A stretch of DNA of 64,000 nucleotides, from contig JAYWIR010000041.1 of the NCBI GenBank assembly GCA_036172245.1, positions 496,001 to 560,000 on the forward strand, in the 5' to 3' direction. This DNA comes from Raillietiella orientalis. Taxonomy: Eukaryota. The position numbers and the translations under genes were made by a program. Positions 12,186 to 24,879 of this stretch are shown piece after piece (position 1 is the first letter of the stretch; every line of letters starts with the position of its first letter). Below the pieces are notes generated by a model. That model was not told where the DNA came from. It saw nothing but the letters and a program-made list of their open reading frames with translations, and ran no database searches.

Positions 12186-14758
12186 AGAAGGATCAAAGGC
12201 AAGGGCGAATTTTCCTCTTCAAGGCATGAGCTTCTTGACCTGCGTGTCTTCGAGGAATTACGGACGATCACACGAGAACTTTTTTTGTCGATAGCAACGT
12301 TTCTGTATCTTGTAAAATTCCAGAACAGTCGGCCTTTCATTCTCAAGCATTCGCAGGGATGAAATCAGAAAACAAACAGAAAAAAAAAAATCAAGGTTTC
12401 CACTTTTTGCGACAGAGTGTCATCCTAATTAAGTAGTTGCCATGGCTGCAGCAGCACTGCTGCCATTCTGCTGATACCCAGAAATTCAGTGTGATTTCCC
12501 GTTTGTAAAATTGCTTACTCTCTAAGCACGAATTTCAGAACCACAGGAGTAGAGTACACGAAGAAAAAACAATCTGTACGAAATTACATTAATTGCTGCT
12601 TTATACTATACAATTGGCTTGTTAATCTGTGATACTTCATCTTAAAAGTCCTTTTACTGCTGTGATGTCAAGAATCTAACATATTGCTTAATCTATTTAT
12701 TGCTTTTGCTTTTGTTGGGGCTCTGAATAGTGGGGCGTGGTAATCCACCCTAATTCTTCCATTCACTTTCAGCATGCTGCAGCATTGAATTCAGAGTCGC
12801 TTTTTTCTTCTTTCCTTTCTAACATTTTCACATTCTTTCCAATCACATTGCTGTGAAGTTGCGACTGTCAGCTGACGACTCGTTTCACGACTGGTGAAGA
12901 ATTTTGTCCTCTTTGAGCTACCCTGGTAGCCTCTGCGACAACAGCAGGGGTCTTCCTCTTAGCTCAATGCCTTGCAGCATTGACCGAAGAGGAAGATCTA
13001 AAGTTGCGTAATACCTGGCTAGGAATCCAAACGCTGCACATTTACGCGATGCCGCCGTCAACACAACTTCCTCTTTGAAGTGGCACCCGCGATAAATTTG
13101 GCACTCGCGTTTGGTTCCTGCAGAACTGCAGCTTCCATTGGCACTTCTTGAAGAGGACTTTGAATTTCCTTGTGATCTCCTTCCTCTTTACAGCTGAAGA
13201 CACTTCAATCCTGCTTATCGATGCCACCGTCATCCTGCATTCCCTTCCCACCCTTTTCCTTCGAGCTAAGCTAAGGACGTTTCGTGCCGAAGGCATCTCC
13301 AGTTTCAATCAGCATGTGAAGAACACACCTGAAGAGGGATGCTTCGATTCCCTCAGACCCTGAAATAGATATCCGATAAAATTAGTACCAAATGATGTGA
13401 ATATCAGAAATATGCAAACGATAAACAGTGCAAGTAATGAACCTTGGCATTCTTATTTGGTACAGAGCAGCATCCCCATTCTTGAAAGTAGCTGTCCGAG
13501 GTTTTCCTCTCGATCGTCGGAGGCCACGACAGTAGATTCAGCAGCATTTGGCAATGAGCGATTCTCTAGTTCCCCTGTTTCTGTGAAGCTGATGGTGCAG
13601 AAAAATGTCTGGGGAAACTTCCCGAAGAAGAGGATCGGTGTATGCTGAAGTTAATTTGAGAATCCAGCTGATTCATGCGGCGTGTTTTGCAAGATCATCT
13701 TCCGATTTGCCTCTGCTGGAATTTCTAAGTTGGAGCTAGCTTAGTACTTGGAGACAGCGCTGATCCACAGCGGTCGACCGAGAGCAGGAGCAACTCAAGA
13801 CCACCAACTCCTCAAGCCATTCTAGCTTCTCTCAACTAGCTCGTTCGTCTCATTCTAGCTCGTTCGAGCTCCTTCATCCATGCTCCTCGTTCCTCGTTAC
13901 CAAGGAGTGCACGCGGAAGGAGACGAGCGTATTGCGATCAACTTCATTTGCGGGGTTTTATAAAAATCTTTCCGATCCACATCAAGGTGGAGTGCTGACT
14001 TCACGAGTGCTTCCGTGGCGGGAATGCTCCCCGTTTTACATTCAGAATTGCTCCGTCCCACTCCATTCACAAACATTGCAGCTGCGGCATCTTCGAAATT
14101 TCCCTGCTTTTGGATCACGTTTTTCGCTGATCGGTTTTCAAATTTGAAAATTTCTTCATTCCGACTGCTGGAAACATCTATTTTCATCGCTAATTTCCAA
14201 GCCTCCCTCAAGACGTGGTTGGCTTTTCGTTACCCTACACTTTGCAGAGTGATTCTTGGTGAGGAGGAACCTGGTCTTCCAATACTGTAGTTGTCCGTCC
14301 AATTAAGGAATTCCTGATTCTGGCTTCTGGAATAACTTAACCTCCTCCTCTAGAATTACTACCTGCATGCTTGTTAATCCGTGACTCTCCGTTTTCCAAT
14401 CTCCAGGCGGAAATGCACCCAACCACACGAATCCTCGTAGCGCGGTAGACAAGGAAAAAAAGGCATCTCAAACACACAGAGTACGTCTCACGAAATGACT
14501 AGTCAGCTTCTATCAGCTGATTTGTGGATGGTTATCATGCCATCACTTGACACTACCTAGTGGGAGGAGTGTTGAATTGGCGTTTCGAGGCGTCATCTTA
14601 AAGCAGGCCCCTCTACGATTCGGGGACCCTGCATTTTGTGTCATCTATGCGAAGATGCAAGAAACATGGTCGCTTTCCTCCATATTCAAAGACGCTCCAG
14701 AACGGTGTTCCTGTTTTCTAAATGCGTGGACTGAATAGGAGTCCAAAGACCCTACCTA

Positions 14759-15082
14759 GAAATAAAACTCTGCCAGCACTTGTTCGCATCCAGGGCCAGA
14801 TGCAGAGGCCTCCCCACGGCGGACCGTGATCTCTTCCCTTCCCTCCCTCCCCATAAACATTGTCCCTCAAGCGTTTTTCTTTTTTTTTTTTTTTCTCTTT
14901 TTCCCGTCCCCTTCGCCAGTGGAGAGACCTTACCGTCATACAAGTCGGAAGGGACAAGTGCATAAGACGATAAGATCAATGTGTTCTGACTGGAACACAA
15001 GTACAGACGACAGGACTTCATTATAAAATACATAATTGTAAAATTTTTAATAATAAAAGCCCCGGCTTACCCGGGTGAAAAT
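14759..15082 (+). mobile_element. 5'-truncated non-LTR retroelement (3' UTR only) with 17-bp TSD
   Basis: TCCAAAGACCCTACCTA occurs at 14742-14758 and 15083-15099. The interior has GTGATCTCTTCCC, a poly-T tract, a hairpin and the terminus AATAAAAGCCCCGG-CTTAC-CCGGG-TGAAAAT, as in family A. Confidence 0.9.
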
Positions 15083-16008
15083 TCCAAAGACCCTACCTAA
15101 CCTCACCTCGCCAAACTTCTTACTTTTGGAGGAAACGAGATTCGCCCTTTTAGCATAAAGGAAGCGCGAAAGTACAAAGAGGGACTTCGTGCTTCAGGAG
15201 AACACGGCTTTTGATGTTTTGCTTCCGTTGGAAAGAACGTATTCTCGATTCGCGTCTCAGTGGACTCCATCAATATGCTTAGGATTTTTTTAGCCTAATC
15301 TTTCTTCTTCCACAAAAATTTCCTTTGACCAAAGTTTTCAGGAAAATCCTTGCAGTTGGGGGTATCGAGAAATACTGAGCACGGTTGGCCTCAGGCCCCA
15401 GTCTCAGATTACTAGCTCCTTGCTCCTCACTGACGTGCACCTTCAGTGTCAGTTCACTGACTTCCAGATGATCGCCAGTGGCTCGCTCCTTGCATTTTTG
15501 AATCACTTAACTGTCCTCTAGCAGCCAGCGTACACCGATTCGTGCTTCCAGAGTGGCTTGTTCCGAATGGTTCTGGTTCTGAGATCAGATCCTGACTAGC
15601 CAATTCCTTCGGAAGCTGGACCGCTGCGTTCTCGTTTCCCAAGTCGAAGACAGCATCGTGGAAGATGGCTGGTGAGTAGGGCAGGGTTCCTTTCTACCGC
15701 TGAGCGTTTCCAGGCAGCTACCTCGAGCACTGTGGTTAGAAATTCATATACGTGGCTCCTTCATACTCCACTCTCGAAACTCTGCGCGGAAGTCATGGGG
15801 ATACAGCAGAGCTGCCCGGAAACGCATGAGAAGGCAAAGACGTGCTGCCATCAGCGATACTCGAGTTCTTTTTATCTTGTGTGCTCACCCGACTTTCTGA
15901 TCATCAGTTTGACATTGATCCAGGAGGCCAGTGTGTGTTCCTCTTTCTCTTGCAGCAGTCCAAACGGACCATACTTGAGATGTAAAAAACATTCGGGCCA
16001 AAACCCGA

Positions 16009-16856
16009 GTCGGCGACCGCGCGGCTGCTGTCTCCTCGAGCGCTGCGCCAAGCGTAGCGGGTTCGAATCTCATCGGGGGAGATCGACTCCAGAGAAGTGG
16101 AAGGGGTGTCGTGAGTTCCGACTAATCGCTCAAGATGACACTGGTTGGCCTGTAGAGTTCGGGTCCTGGTGGAACTGGCGGGTCTGTCGAGTCTGGTGGC
16201 ACTGGTGGAAGCCAGATGACTCCGTTGACTGACCAGTATTGGAAGTTGACTTTCCGGGGTCATTTCGGGAATTAAGAAGCCCTTCGAGGCTTGTGAAAAT
16301 GGAGTCGTGACATGGAGCTGGCTGATATCCCGCCCCTTCCTTCCCTTCCTCGGAGGTTGCCTCTCCAGAGCATAAAGAGCGTGCTGCTCCCTTCTGGAGT
16401 GTCCTTCAGAGAAATCGGGAAGCGTCCCTTCGGGATTCTCCTCAGAGGGGTAACGACGAAGGGGTCCCTCTGGAGAAAAAATGAGTTTTTTTTTCGGGAG
16501 ATGCCTCCGGAGAGAATAAGGAAGAGGTGGTTCCTTTCGGGACTCCTTCCCGAACCTGAGAGAGGAACGGACTTCTTCCTCCGGAACTCTTCCTGTATTC
16601 GTGGGGTAGTCGCTCGGAGTCCGTTCCTCTCACGCTTGGAGAGGGATCCCCCCCGGACGGAGGAGATCGCACCTCCAACCCTGGTTGTCTCCGAAGGGAA
16701 ACCCCGAAGGGAATCTCTTTCCTCATTCTCTCTGGAGTCAGCCCCAAAGTCGAAAAGTTACCCGCCCCCTCAAGGTTGTGCGCACAGCTCTGAAGAGCTT
16801 CGTGTGCCCTTCCTAAGAAGGCGTAGCGGTTCCTCAGCACAAGGCGAACCAAAAAG
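16009..16856 (+). mobile_element. tRNA-derived SINE-like element, copy 1 (full length, internal inversion)
   Basis: B-box GGTTCGAATC at 16060-16069 and a body shared with five other copies. It ends GGCGAACCA+A-tract. Possible TSD AAAACC(C/T)GA at 16000-16008 and 16857-16865. Confidence 0.85.
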
Positions 16857-17249
16857 AAAACCTGAAAAAAAAAAAAAAATGATGCTGGAAGGGAAGCAGC
16901 AAAAGCAGAAAAACACTAAAAGGATGTCCATTATCCCAGGACAATAGTAAACGATGTTTCCCTGATACCTTTTTCTGGAAAAAAAAAAAAAAAAAACCAA
17001 ACTCGCATTGCACGAGAGCAAATTTTTAGTAGTTCCTGATGATGATCGCATACATAAATACAGGTATGTAATGGAAATAAATAAACGATTAAAAAGGATT
17101 GCTGATTGCAGCTTGGACATTTGTTTGTTTTGCACAACGTCGCTCATTATAATAAGAATAATTGTGGAACACTGAGGAACGCTCCTCACAGTGGCAGGAT
17201 GGTGGCTAATGAATTTTGTGGTTTTACCGAAGTGTGATTCTTGCTGGTC

Positions 17250-20200
17250 GAAAACCTTGCCTAATGCCATTCCTAAGCGACGGGGAACGTGGTCTCTATG
17301 GAGATCTTTGGGAGTATTTCTTCTTCAAAAAAGAAAAGATCACTGCTTGCTTGTGATGTTTTGTTTCCTGGAGTGCTTCTTTGGAGCATTGGGAAGTTCA
17401 AATTTCGTCGAAGAAAAGCCAGCAGGAAACCAGCATACGATTGACCGTCGTCTTCCTTCATTGGAAGAGCATATGCAGAAGAAGCTGCTTGCTCTCGAAT
17501 GGCACAGGGTGTTCCTAAGCAGGTGAAACACCCGACAAAAAATTTCGAGTGGAAAAAAGCATCAAGAGAGAAGAGCGTCAAGTCCTCAACCGACGAGACT
17601 CCCGGTAGGAATGTGAGTGGCATTCTGTTTTCCCATTTCCCGAGCCTGTGAAATTCCCTTCTTGGAGCATGGAAAGAAAAGAACGTAGCCGTCGGTTTCC
17701 TTGGCGAGTTGCTGAACGTGGACACGACTACGCTCCTACTCGGATGACTCTCCCCTAGTAGATGACGCGAAGAGAGAGTCTGAGCAAAGTACGAGATCTA
17801 AAGATGAAATCACCAGGGACTGCATGTTGTCTTCATCTCATACCTTCGAGCAGAACCTGCGGGTTGCAATTCGAAGCCGCTGGATCCAAGAAAACACCGA
17901 CACGCACCAAACGTCCCACCTCACTGCACTGATTCCCTTTCGTGAAGAGCGTTCGCCGTTCTTGTAGGGCGGAGTTGAAGTAGAAGACACTTCGCATCCA
18001 CGCAGGATTCCCCTTCCTCGTCCACACAAAATTCACATCCACTTTCTCATAAGCAGACTCCATTTCTCTCGGGCAACTACATTGCATTTATCCTCCCTCC
18101 TCCATGCACTGGCAGCTTGCAGGACGCGGCTCCCTCTCTGTGTGATGGGTGGCCGCCAGACCAGGCCCGTTTTCTCCTCGTCACTCCTGCCCTTCTGTAC
18201 TCGCCATATTGCTTTCTCATTCATCTTCCTCTCCGAGGCGACCGTCATCCCGACGTGCCTGACCCCAGTCTGATTGTCTCATGGAATGCAACGCGACTGT
18301 TGCCACTCTATAAACGTGTGCGTCCTTCGAACGCTCAGGCTCCTCGTCTCGTATCCTCACGAATCGTCCCCTCCCCTCTTTCTTCCCTCGTTTTCGACTC
18401 TGAACACTCGCAGTGACGTGAACTAAGGGAAAGCTCATCCCGTGTCTCGAATGCCAAGGAGACACTCTGAAACGCCTTAATCACGGAGGACTAACGGACA
18501 AAGAATGAAACGGTCAACCGCCACGTCGCGCATGAGGTCTGCGGAGATGTCGACTGACCCTAAATGAAAATTTTATGAAATTATTCATCTTCTAGACTGA
18601 TGTCCTCCAGGACTAATGCGGTGTATTTACGGATGCGTCCACAGCAGAGGGACTGCTCCACACGTGGAAGATCCATAGAAAAAGTCATGGCGGTCGGAAG
18701 CGGACGTTCCACCGATCTCTGGCGGTGGGTGGTATCGAAGCCTGGTTTACGACTACGACGATGAGGTTCCCGTGTCCACCGAACGGGAAGGAGGACCTAT
18801 TGCAGCATCGGCTGCAAGAAATAATCAGCGGTGACAGCGGGGTTTCTTCGAGTTGATCTCCAGATGGGTAGCAACACGTGCCCTTGCTGACAATTTCGAG
18901 GAGGAAAGTGCCTTTGAAAAACATGGTCAAGCGAGGGAGACTGGACCAGCATCGCCCCCGAAGCTCCTTAGGCATCTGATGGATTGACACACTGTCAAAC
19001 TCCGAGGCGATCACGCTTGGAGAAATCTCTACAGACCGGGAAGTTGCCTCCATCGGAGAAGAGAACCGCTGAGAAAACAAAACAGGTGTTTCATCTGAAG
19101 TCACTTTCGCTGTCATCAAGAAAAGACACCAAGATTACTCACATGCATCAGGACGCTGCTGGTCTCCTCGTGAATATCTTCAGGGCATGTGGTCTCACAT
19201 GGAAGCGCTTCTTCTTATGAGTTGTCGTTGTCCTAAAGGAGTTTTCTTTCAGCCCCTGAGTATCCTTCGTTAAAATTTTAATGACGCTCATTTCTCAAAC
19301 GCTTCAATTCTTTTCCAAACTCATTCTCTGACCTCTTGCCAAGAAGAATGACCTCGAATTTTGCTTGGAACTCGAAAAAATGGCCATCTTTTTAAATGAC
19401 CGTCGATCATTGTATTTGCTATGATGGAGATGCAGAAGCGGTGGCGTGTGACTCTTTGCGGAGCAATTTCTCTTCATGTCGCACATTCGGGAACTGCATC
19501 ATCTTCATTCATCCAAGTAGCCGTCTGAGCACCAGCTTCACCCAGCTACTGCAGATGTGATGATATTATTGCGAATGAAAGAAGCAAAACAGATATTTCT
19601 GGGGAATTTAACCGATTTTCGCTCTCGTGAAAGAATTTTGGTCATCCTTCCCACGAGGGCCATTAATGAAGGCACCACCAAGTAAAGTGCTTGGAGCAGA
19701 CTTAAATCGTCTCGCGATGAGATGCTGATCCTATAGAAGGCAAATCTATTTCGAGCATTCTTTCGGGCAGTAAATTGGAAGAACCTTCACATTAATAGTA
19801 ACTAGTGACGCTGGAGTAACGTTAGTGAGTTGGGATGTGTGAAAGAAAACACAGTCGGATCTCTCCGAATCATGGAACACCAATGACCATCAATTCTTGA
19901 TTTAAAAGGAAAAAAAGCCATCCTTAGAAAGTTATGCATTCATAAATAAGTACTACCTAACGTGGTGTCGTTATGACGATTTGATGACAATCAGTAATCT
20001 TTAATTGTATTAATGGTACCTGCAATAAGCATGATGATTTCTTGCCTTCAGAATTGTTTCAGCGTGAATCGTAATTGTACAAGGAAACTGAGAGCACAAT
20101 GACGTGCCATTATGTAACACATTTCCATAGTACTGGGCACCATTCAGTGATCGCATAATTTGGTGCAATGCCATCATATTCATAATAGTGACATTTTTTT

Positions 20201-21200
20201 TCCTTCCCCCCCCCACCACGGAATCATGCTGAGGCTTTTCAAGGATCGCGCAATCGTTGAAGATTCAGAAGAGCGTCGAAGAGTTTTTTCCGTCTCGTGA
20301 AATTTTCGCGTACTTCTTGAACACGTGGCTTTCTGCCGTGATGATTCACTTCCGGCTACTGTTTCAGGAGAGCAGCTGTCCAGAGAGCTACTGAACACTG
20401 CATCCACATTCTTTCTGAATTTATCCAGTCTCTGACCGTGCCCTCTACACGGTCAGAGACTGGACCACGAGCTCTCCACAGGGCCTTCGTGTGTCCACGT
20501 GCCATCATATCTTGGTCATCTTTCTTCAGAATTGCAACCGTGGGCTGCAGGTGGACTCATCGGGGAACTTTGGCGGTTTTTCAAACCAAGGGGAGTATTT
20601 TTGGTGGGGTGGGGAGGGGCGGAGTAATGTGAGCGTTGCACAGATGCGTGAGGTGCCACATGCAGAGTATGGGGAATCAGTGGACAGCTTCATACTGATG
20701 TACTCTTCAGCACGTGGAGTGCTCACGTCAAGGTCACAGTGGTTGCACCCATGACGATCACGCTGCGACCGTTCCGCTGTCTGAGATCCATGCCTGCAAC
20801 CACTTTTCGCTCACGCCGTCCTCCAGGAAGCTCCGCACCCGTGGGTGCAGGCAGAATTCTTTAGTACCGAAGGATGGGGAAGTTACGGTCAGGTTTCCCT
20901 CTCGGCAGCAGAAAAAGTTAATGAATGGCGACGCGGATGGCTCCAGGGACTGGTCGGCGGCTACCTGGTTTCAGTCTCGTGCGCAGCGCGCTCATCTTCG
21001 CGGTCAGTTCAAGTACTGATCAGCAATATCTGCCGGGACCCGCCGGAACGCCGCTTGGCAACGTCTTTTCCTCCGTTCCCAGGTGTATCGAAGTTCTTAG
21101 ACTGATGACTTGGGGAAGCCGCGAAGGACTCGGCTTCGAAAACGACCAATGGAGGCGAACAGTAGCTCCAGAACGGAAATAATTTCCCGGCTCCGTAGTT
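17250..21200 (-). pseudogene. Degenerate DUF4116-like repeat array
   Basis: Fragments include PRNICFASFIRNNIITSAV (19547-19604), IHQMPKELRG..FLLEIVSK (ORF 18685-19119), SAYALPMKEDD and FGTKEFCL. No intact frame. Confidence 0.5.
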
Positions 21201-22079
21201 GTCAAAATTAACGAACTGGAGACCTCAGGCTTCCATTTTTGATCCTCGATTGAGAGGGCTCTCCATTAAAGGGAAAGATCATGTTGAGATGTGACAAGAG
21301 CAAGGCTTAAGGTGCGACAATGCCATCAGTGGGGGTTTTTTGTTTCGGTCCCTTATTCGGGGTTAACATAAATGCCGAGGATTTGATTTACTACTGTTCT
21401 ATGATGGTGATTGAAAGGGTAGTTTTTGATGAGGGAGGAACGTGCTCTTGTTAATTGGCAGGGTTCCGATAACATCGACTAATTGGAAGGCCACAGCCGT
21501 ATCCAAATCGTTCAGCGTCTAAGCAGAAGATATGATAATCAGAAGAAAAGGTACTAGGTGATCCCACAAGAAATTTTTAGTCATGGGAAAAGATAACTAT
21601 CTAATGGAAAGAGCTTCGTGCCATGCTCCGTCAACTACACGCCATGCCTCGAGCTGTCGCTCTGCGTTTGCCACGTTATCATGCCGAATTTTCGGGAGGT
21701 CTTAACACCCTTCCAAGAGGATTCGTGGGAAACCACCTGCCTCTTGCCAAACTTCCGACCGCGATCTCGTTTTGAGGGGAGTCCCTTTTTCGAGGGCGGG
21801 AAATTTCCCTTCCCAGTTTCGAGCCAGAATTCGGGGGAGAAGACGAGCTCCTCGAAATCATTCCCGCAGTCGAACTCATCCATGCCGCGGAACCCGCGCC
21901 CCTGGTACGAAAACCATCTTCCTTCCATGGATGCTTCTCATCTGGACTTCCAGCCGCTGCATCGGGAGGCCTAGTACTGTCGGTTGCAATTCGAGGAGGA
22001 AGAGGAATGATGACGTCATGGGTAATGAGTGTCCCGGGGGTGGAGAAGGAGTGGATGCATCCCGGATACTCTGCGATGC

Positions 22080-22990
22080 CAAAAGTGCCTACTGGAGTCT
22101 GCTCTCCAGAACCAAAACCTGCGTCGGTTCACGTGGGTTCGAACGAACTGATTTTCCCCCGTGGCAGCGAGCGTCACGGGTTTGTATCCCCACGTGCAGC
22201 GTCGACGCTGCGGGGGAAACGGTCGTCGTGGCTTTCGAATTATCCCCTCAAGATGACTCTGTCGGCTGTTCGGGACTGGAAGTTGACCCTCTGGGGTCCT
22301 TACAGGAATCAAGGAGGCCTTCAGGGTTCCCCACCGGTTGCGAAGGTGGAGCCGTGACACAAGGAGATGGATGATGCCCCACCCCCCTACCCCTCAGAGG
22401 CATGTCACCTCCTCGGGGGAATGTCCTTCCTTAGTGTCAAGAAGCGCTCTGCTCCCTTTAGGGAAGCGCCCTTCAGCGAAATCGGGAAGCGTCCCTTCGG
22501 AGTATTCCCTGCTTCCCTTTCCGTCCAGGCCACATCGATTAGGTCATTCTTTAGGAGGAATTTTGGTTTCCTGCGACCCGACACTTGGTTGGCTCTTCAT
22601 CTTTCCAGCACCTTGGATGTTTCCTCGCACCCAGTTCCTCAGCAGCCAGAGGAGTGTCTAGGCGACGCTCCCGTTGCGTCCGTTTCTGGTGGTGGAGGAC
22701 CCAACAGGATCGTCACTTTTCATTCCCTCCTTCCTCCCTCCCCTTTTCCCACCAACTCTTCGGTTCTTCTTTTCCTCGCGTTTCTGGCACGAGTTCGCGA
22801 CGCGATCCTCCCTCCTCCCTCCAGGTAGTCCTTCAGGAGAGAAGAAGGAACAGGTGGTTACCTTCGGATTTCCTTCCAATAGAAAGAGAGAGGACGGACA
22901 GAGAGCTTTAGAGGGTTCATGAACTCTGGGGTCACCTCTTAGCTTGGAGAGTAATGAGTGCCCTAGACGCGCCCTTGGGCAGCATGTAGC
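22080..22990 (+). mobile_element. SINE-like element copy 2 (interrupted ~22590-22820, 3'-truncated)
   Basis: GGGTTCGAAC at 22135-22144. CAAGATGACTCT, GGAAGTTGACCCTCTGGGGTC and GAAATCGGGAAGCGTCCCTTCGG are shared with copies 1 and 4. Confidence 0.8.
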
Positions 22991-23850
22991 TCTTCAAGTT
23001 AGAGTGCGCGCTAAAGAGCAATGTTGAAGGTGGACAGGATTAAAGAACTTTGTGTCCCCCCCTTCCAAGGAGGCGAGCAGTCCTTCAGAGCTTGGAGGAC
23101 CAAAAAAGAAATGTGTGGGGGAAAAGGGGAGAGGGAGAAGGAGGGATAAAAAAGAAAAAAAAAAAGTCTGAGAGACAGCTCCAACAGAAGAACCGGCAGG
23201 GATTCGTGTCATCCTGGGAGCGCCTTTCTCGACAAGGAGCGGAAGACAGAGCTCTGGCGGGGGAGTAAAAAGTCGCCCCTTGTCTGGAGCATTTTCGAGT
23301 GCATCAGAGGTGCTCACGAAGGGTCACCCCTAACGACGCTCCCCCGGGGGACCGGAAATCGCGCGGGCGGAGAGCGCAGTGAACCTTACAGTATGCCACC
23401 TCGAAGAGTGAGGACGAACGGCAGAAAAAATCCCGTTCTACCTCTGGACTCCCTTCCGCTCCGGGGCCCCTATTTTCCAACAGCCCGTTCGGTCTCTCGA
23501 ATTTTGCGCGTGATGACTCCCTGGAGACTCCCCCGAGCTCAGGCCCTACCACCCAGGTGGTAGGGGTGCGCAGACGCCTGGATCTACCCAGTATGCTGCA
23601 GGGCTGCTAATTCACCACGGCAACCGTTTCCTTCCTCCGCATGCAAAAGCGCCTGCCGCTTTTCGGGAACCTGGAAAAATCTCTTTCCGTAGGGCATGGC
23701 CTGCTGCCTACTCCTAACCCTACGCAGAAGGGGGGAGGAGCGGTCGCTCCCGGAGGTCGTCTGCCCCTTTGAGATCGCCCGTGACGCACTAGGAAGTGCT
23801 ACAAAGAGAAAGGACCACTTCTTAGTCACCCTCTGACCTGAAGTGTGACA
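22990..23850 (-). mobile_element. LINE 3' end remnant (second family)
   Basis: KKWSFLFVALPSASRAISKG (zf-RVT-like K.F.W...ALPT..RL) is followed by a poly-T/pyrimidine UTR on the minus strand. Confidence 0.5.
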
Positions 23851-24856
23851 GGCGGAAAACGCTGAGCTCTGTCCAGTGATCTGGCAGCTGATTCCCTAGG
23901 GTCCTGGAAATACCACAAGGAGAAGCGTGGGCAGAAAGAATCTCCCTTGTTGCGGTACTGCCTACCTTCCGGGAACATCTAGGCAGCCACACCGCAGCAG
24001 AATGGGATATTACCGTGAAAATCTCCGGCACGAAGCGAAAGATCGGGGAATGGAGAACGGGCCAGCTGACCAACGCTGCGACCCCGAGTACCACCCTACA
24101 CGGACTCTTGCGCTGGAGCGAGCTACTGGATGTTCCGGAGGAACATCTCGAGTGGCCCCCGGTGTTCATGGACTCGCGCATCCTCCCCATGAAGTGGCAA
24201 CAGTAGGCACTGCTGGTGTTGCATTGGGGCCTCCCTTGCAACGCCCGCCGACACCACTGGACGCGGGGGGGTGTCAATCCCAATTGTGTCAGGTGCGGGG
24301 AGAGAGAATATCTCCCCCACCTGTCAGTGGATTTTGTTGCCCTCCGTCCCTTGTGGGAACGCTTTGTCGCGGTCCTGGGTATCCCCGGAGGCAATCCCAG
24401 AGACGCTTTGCCTCCTTCGTCCGAGACGCCCTGCCTCCAGCGGCTTCGCTTGCAGCCCTGTGCTGCCTACGCGGGATCGTCGTGGCATGGAGCAAAGCGA
24501 CGGGAGGATCCTGCGACAGGGATGCCACCGTGTACGCCGCCCGCTTCCTGAGGATGGCGACACGATGGCCCCATCTGACATTCACATCCAGCAACAGCTT
24601 GCCGGCATCCTTCAGAGGATGCCGGACCCTCCCAGCAGACAGTGATCCCTTCCCGCTCCCTCCCCAGTTTTGTTTATTTTTTTGTTTTCTTTTTGTTTCA
24701 TTCCCCCTACCCTCTGCTGCCGAGGTCGACCGCGCCGGTCTGCGCACCGGTACCCCGGCAAGCTGATCCTTTCTAGGGAGTGGCTGGACTACTGGTCCAG
24801 TCACAGTGTAGATAAGTATATTTGGAAAAATAAACGTTCCGGGTTTAAATGGAAAT
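23850..24856 (+). mobile_element. LINE family A, 3' end
   Basis: LHWGLPCNARRHHW..NPNCVRCGEREYLPHL. It aligns by eye with ~600-1600, including the 3' UTR hairpins and AATAAA. Confidence 0.9.
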
Positions 24857-24879
24857 ACCACAGCGAAGAGACAGCGCGA

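Larger units (their letters stand above)
11520..16000 (-). pseudogene. Degenerate DUF4116-like repeat array, interrupted by a retroelement insertion
   Basis: Minus-strand fragments include EEVVLTAASRKCAAFGF (~13025-13075) and ATFKNGDAALY (~13460-13493). There are many stops and frameshifts, plus AT-rich spacers. Confidence 0.5.

Noticed and set aside
21600..22050. Possible coding fragment (ORF 21635-21928, minus strand)
   Set aside because: No motif recognised; it could be an ORF1 relic, but I cannot support that.
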